Under the pieces are notes generated by a model, which was not told where the DNA came from, made no database searches, and saw nothing but the letters and a program-made list of their open reading frames with translations. A DNA stretch of 64,000 nucleotides from Bugula neritina (lineage: Eukaryota > Animalia > Bryozoa), in NCBI GenBank assembly GCA_964035545.1, contig OZ037769.1:16460633-16524632 (forward strand), read 5' to 3'. This document shows, piece by piece, positions 61,401 through 64,000 of this stretch. The translations under genes and the position numbers were made by a program. The stretch's first letter is position 1, and every line of letters starts with the position of its first letter.

Positions 61401-62849
61401 AAAATATATTATATTGTACCAATATAAATATATAGCCTCTATAGCTGGGATGACACCTTTTTTGTTGATTTCAAGCAAAGAATTTATTACAACATTATTA
61501 GAGTTGTAATATAATTATATAACATTATGTGATGATTATACAGATGTTGTTATATGCAGTTGTTGATTACTATAATATTCTATAGATAGATTATATTGAA
61601 CTTAACAAATATTGTTAAATTCCTGTTGTTAGATTCAGCTGTTCATTAGTAAGACTCAGTCTCCAGATACTATAACCATGGGGAGAGTATTATATGTGAA
61701 CAAGGAGCTCGGTCTAACGGTGAGTATACCTACTTAGTCTATGCTGTAGATACTGAGTCTATATTGTAGATACTGAGTCTATATTGTAGATACTGAGTCT
61801 ATATTGTAGATACTTAGTCTATATTGTAGATACTTAGTCTATATTGTAGATACTTAGTCTATATTGTAGATACTGAGTCTATATTGTAGATATGGTACTG
61901 AGTCTATATTGTAGATACTTAGTCTATATTGTAAATACTTAGTCTATATTGTAGATACTTAGTCTATATTGTAGATACTGAGTCTATATTTTAGATACTT
62001 AGTCTATATTGTAGATACTTAGTCTATATTGTAGATACTTAGTCTATATTGTAGATACTGAGTCTATATTGTAGATACTGAGTCTATATTGTAGATACTT
62101 AGTCTATATTGTAGATACTTGGTCTATATTGTAGATACTTGGTCTATATTTTAGATACTTAGTCTATATTGTAGATACTTAGTCTATATTGTAGATACTT
62201 AGTCTATATTGTAGATACTGAGTCTATATTGTAGATACTGAGTCTATATTGTAGATACTGAGTCTATATTGTAGATACTGAGTCTATATTGTAGACACTT
62301 AGTCTATATTGTAGATACTTAGTCTATATTGTAGATACTGAGTCTATATTTTAGATACTTAGTCTATATTGTAGATACTTAGTCTATATTGTAGATACTT
62401 AGTCTATATTGTAGATACTGAGTCTATATTGTAGATACTGAGTCTATATTGTAGATACTGAGTCTATATTGTAGATACTGAGTCTATATTGTAGACACTT
62501 AGTCTATATTGTAGATACTTAGTCTATATTGTAGATACTGAGTCTATATTTTAGATACTTAGTCTATATTGTAGATACTTAGTCTATATTGTAGATACTT
62601 AGTCTATATTGTAGATACTGAGTCTATATTGTAGATACTGAGTATATTGTAGATACTGAGTCTATATTGTAGATACTTAGTCTATATTGTAGATACTTGG
62701 TCTATATTGTAGATACTGAGTCTATATTGTAGACACTTAGTCTATATTGTAGATACTTTGTCTATATTGTAGATACTTTGTCTATATTGTAGATACTGAG
62801 TCTAATGGTGACGTACTACCTGGTGATGTTACAGTTTAACCAAAGTTGA
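58418..62849 (+). CDS. Gustatory-receptor-like protein 2 (tandem paralog); exons 58418-58628, 58943-59742, 60289-60363, 61633-61719, 62793-62849
   Basis: Same exon structure and the same ILSLMVTYYLVMLQFNQS* terminal exon as paralog 1. Confidence 0.85.
59861..59928 (-). mobile_element. tRNA-derived SINE head fragment (TGC anticodon-like), related to the 27986-28058 element
   Basis: GTGGTGTAATGG A box, CTTGCAA loop and GGTTCGAATCC B box. Confidence 0.65.
61073..61457. mobile_element. Diverged second copy of the 37181-37646 MITE
   Basis: Shares internal blocks such as TCCAAGTTTATTTAAATATACATAT and the terminus CTGGGATGACACC. Confidence 0.75.
61731..62803 (+). repeat. 20-bp acceptor-junction repeat, about 53 copies, filling the last intron of GRL2
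   Basis: Same unit as in GRL1. The real acceptor is the final AG at 62791-62792. Confidence 0.95.
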
Positions 62850-63516
62850 AAATAGAAGTGTCGACATTAAAACAAGTTATAGTAATTGGTTGTCCTCGAC
62901 ATATTATATAACATTTCTCTATTGTGACTGAATGACTTTTTCAATTTTATTTATGCCTTTATATTAATACTATCATATGAAAATGTATATAAGCAGCAGT
63001 TTGAGGACTGCAAAAGTGCATAGTCAGTAGCAAGCTAGCGGGGTCATTAAGTGCAAAATTTGATGAAGTTTTTGTATCATTTGTAAAGCGCGAAACAGAG
63101 CCGTGATGATTTGAATGATATGTTGCAACGTGATGAATGATGAAATTAAAATAAGATAAGCAGTAAGAAACACTATTTATTTTCACAAAAAGAAATAAAA
63201 TTATGAGTATCCAAAGTAAATAAAATATTATACACTTTAATAGTTAAGTAGAAATTGAATAATGAGCTTTTTGTTTCTAAATAATACAGAATGATTGAGA
63301 AAAAATATATAAAAATATGAGCTGATGATATATAATTATTATTGACTGACATTATATTACATAGCATTGTAAATTATTATAGAATGATGTAATACATTGT
63401 ATATAATATATTATAGAATGATGTGACGTATATTATTAAGTATTTTGTATTTGGACTTAGTATGTTCGGAGATTGAGATGTGTAGTGACTTCTACAGACT
63501 ATGCAAGACCCCTTGG

Positions 63517-64000
63517 CTAGGGATATCCATTCAACTTTGTGGCATTCTTTCTCAAAATGGGCTCGCTATCCGTAAGATCGCTGTCGTCGGAGAACTCAAA
63601 CTCCTGCATCTGCATAGTGTTCCAGTTCTCTTTGGGGGCAGACGTGCGTACCGGACGGTAAGAGCTGCGAGGGGCGGAGACGAGATATTTCATGACTACA
63701 AACGTAGCGGCGCAGATTACCATGGAGATGAGGGACGTGTAAATGAGAGACAGGGGGCCTATACTATCGATTGACAAGCCCACAATTGCCGGCACAGCCA
63801 TCTCCCCTAAAGCAGACGCACAGACAAACACAGCGGCCATCTTACTTGTAACTTTGATGTAATTTTCGAGCCACAGAACACCCGTAGGAAATATGGCGGC
63901 CATTCCAACACCCAGAGTCAAAGAGAAAAACCAAACCGGTCCGTTTAAAGCTGCAAATGCAGTAGTGGCGATGGCCAGGCCAGCTGTGGAAAACACCGAA
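63517..64000 (-). CDS. MFSD4: C-terminal exon of an MFSD4-family MFS transporter (sodium-dependent glucose transporter-like), 5' truncated by the window edge
   Basis: GVGMAAIFPTGVLWLENYIKVTSKMAAVFVCASALGEMAVPAIVG matches the late TM region of MFSD4A/B. Confidence 0.75.
   Translation of the reverse strand, partial: SVFSTAGLAIATTAFAALNGPVWFFSLTLGVGMAAIFPTGVLWLENYIKVTSKMAAVFVCASALGEMAVPAIVGLSIDSIGPLSLIYTSLISMVICAATFVVMKYLVSAPRSSYRPVRTSAPKENWNTMQMQEFEFSDDSDLTDSEPILRKNATKLNGYP

Noticed and set aside
61731-62803. CRISPR-like appearance of regular repeats (also 35655-36090 and 51847-52305)
   Set aside because: The units are head-to-tail with no unique spacers, there are no cas genes, and the context is eukaryotic introns.

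Overview
Gene-dense, intron-rich, AT-rich animal DNA, probably an invertebrate (lophotrochozoan-like by inference; the species cannot be determined). In order it contains: the 3' part of a Ty3/Gypsy LTR retrotransposon with an integrase remnant, an apparently spliced zinc-finger/coiled-coil accessory gene, a PPT and a 352-bp LTR; a nucleolin-like gene (-) head-to-head with UQCRC2 (+); a GalNAc-transferase (-) with two tandem 204-nt alternative catalytic exons; a small orphan single-TM gene (+); SBSPON (-); IGF2BP/Imp (-); a large RRM-macrodomain-RING-DTC (PARP9/DTX3L-like) gene (+) followed by a second RING-DTC module; two tandem gustatory-receptor-like genes (+); and the 3' end of an MFSD4 transporter (-). 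The most striking unexplained pattern is that at least nine introns are partly or wholly filled by unrelated minisatellites whose unit contains the adjacent splice site, in most cases the exon-intron junction itself. These form arrays of about 3 to 53 decoy donors or acceptors, and wherever the reading frame was checked only the copy touching the exon preserves the protein. Exon boundaries were derived by hand from GT/AG sites and phase continuity. Copy numbers are counted by eye.
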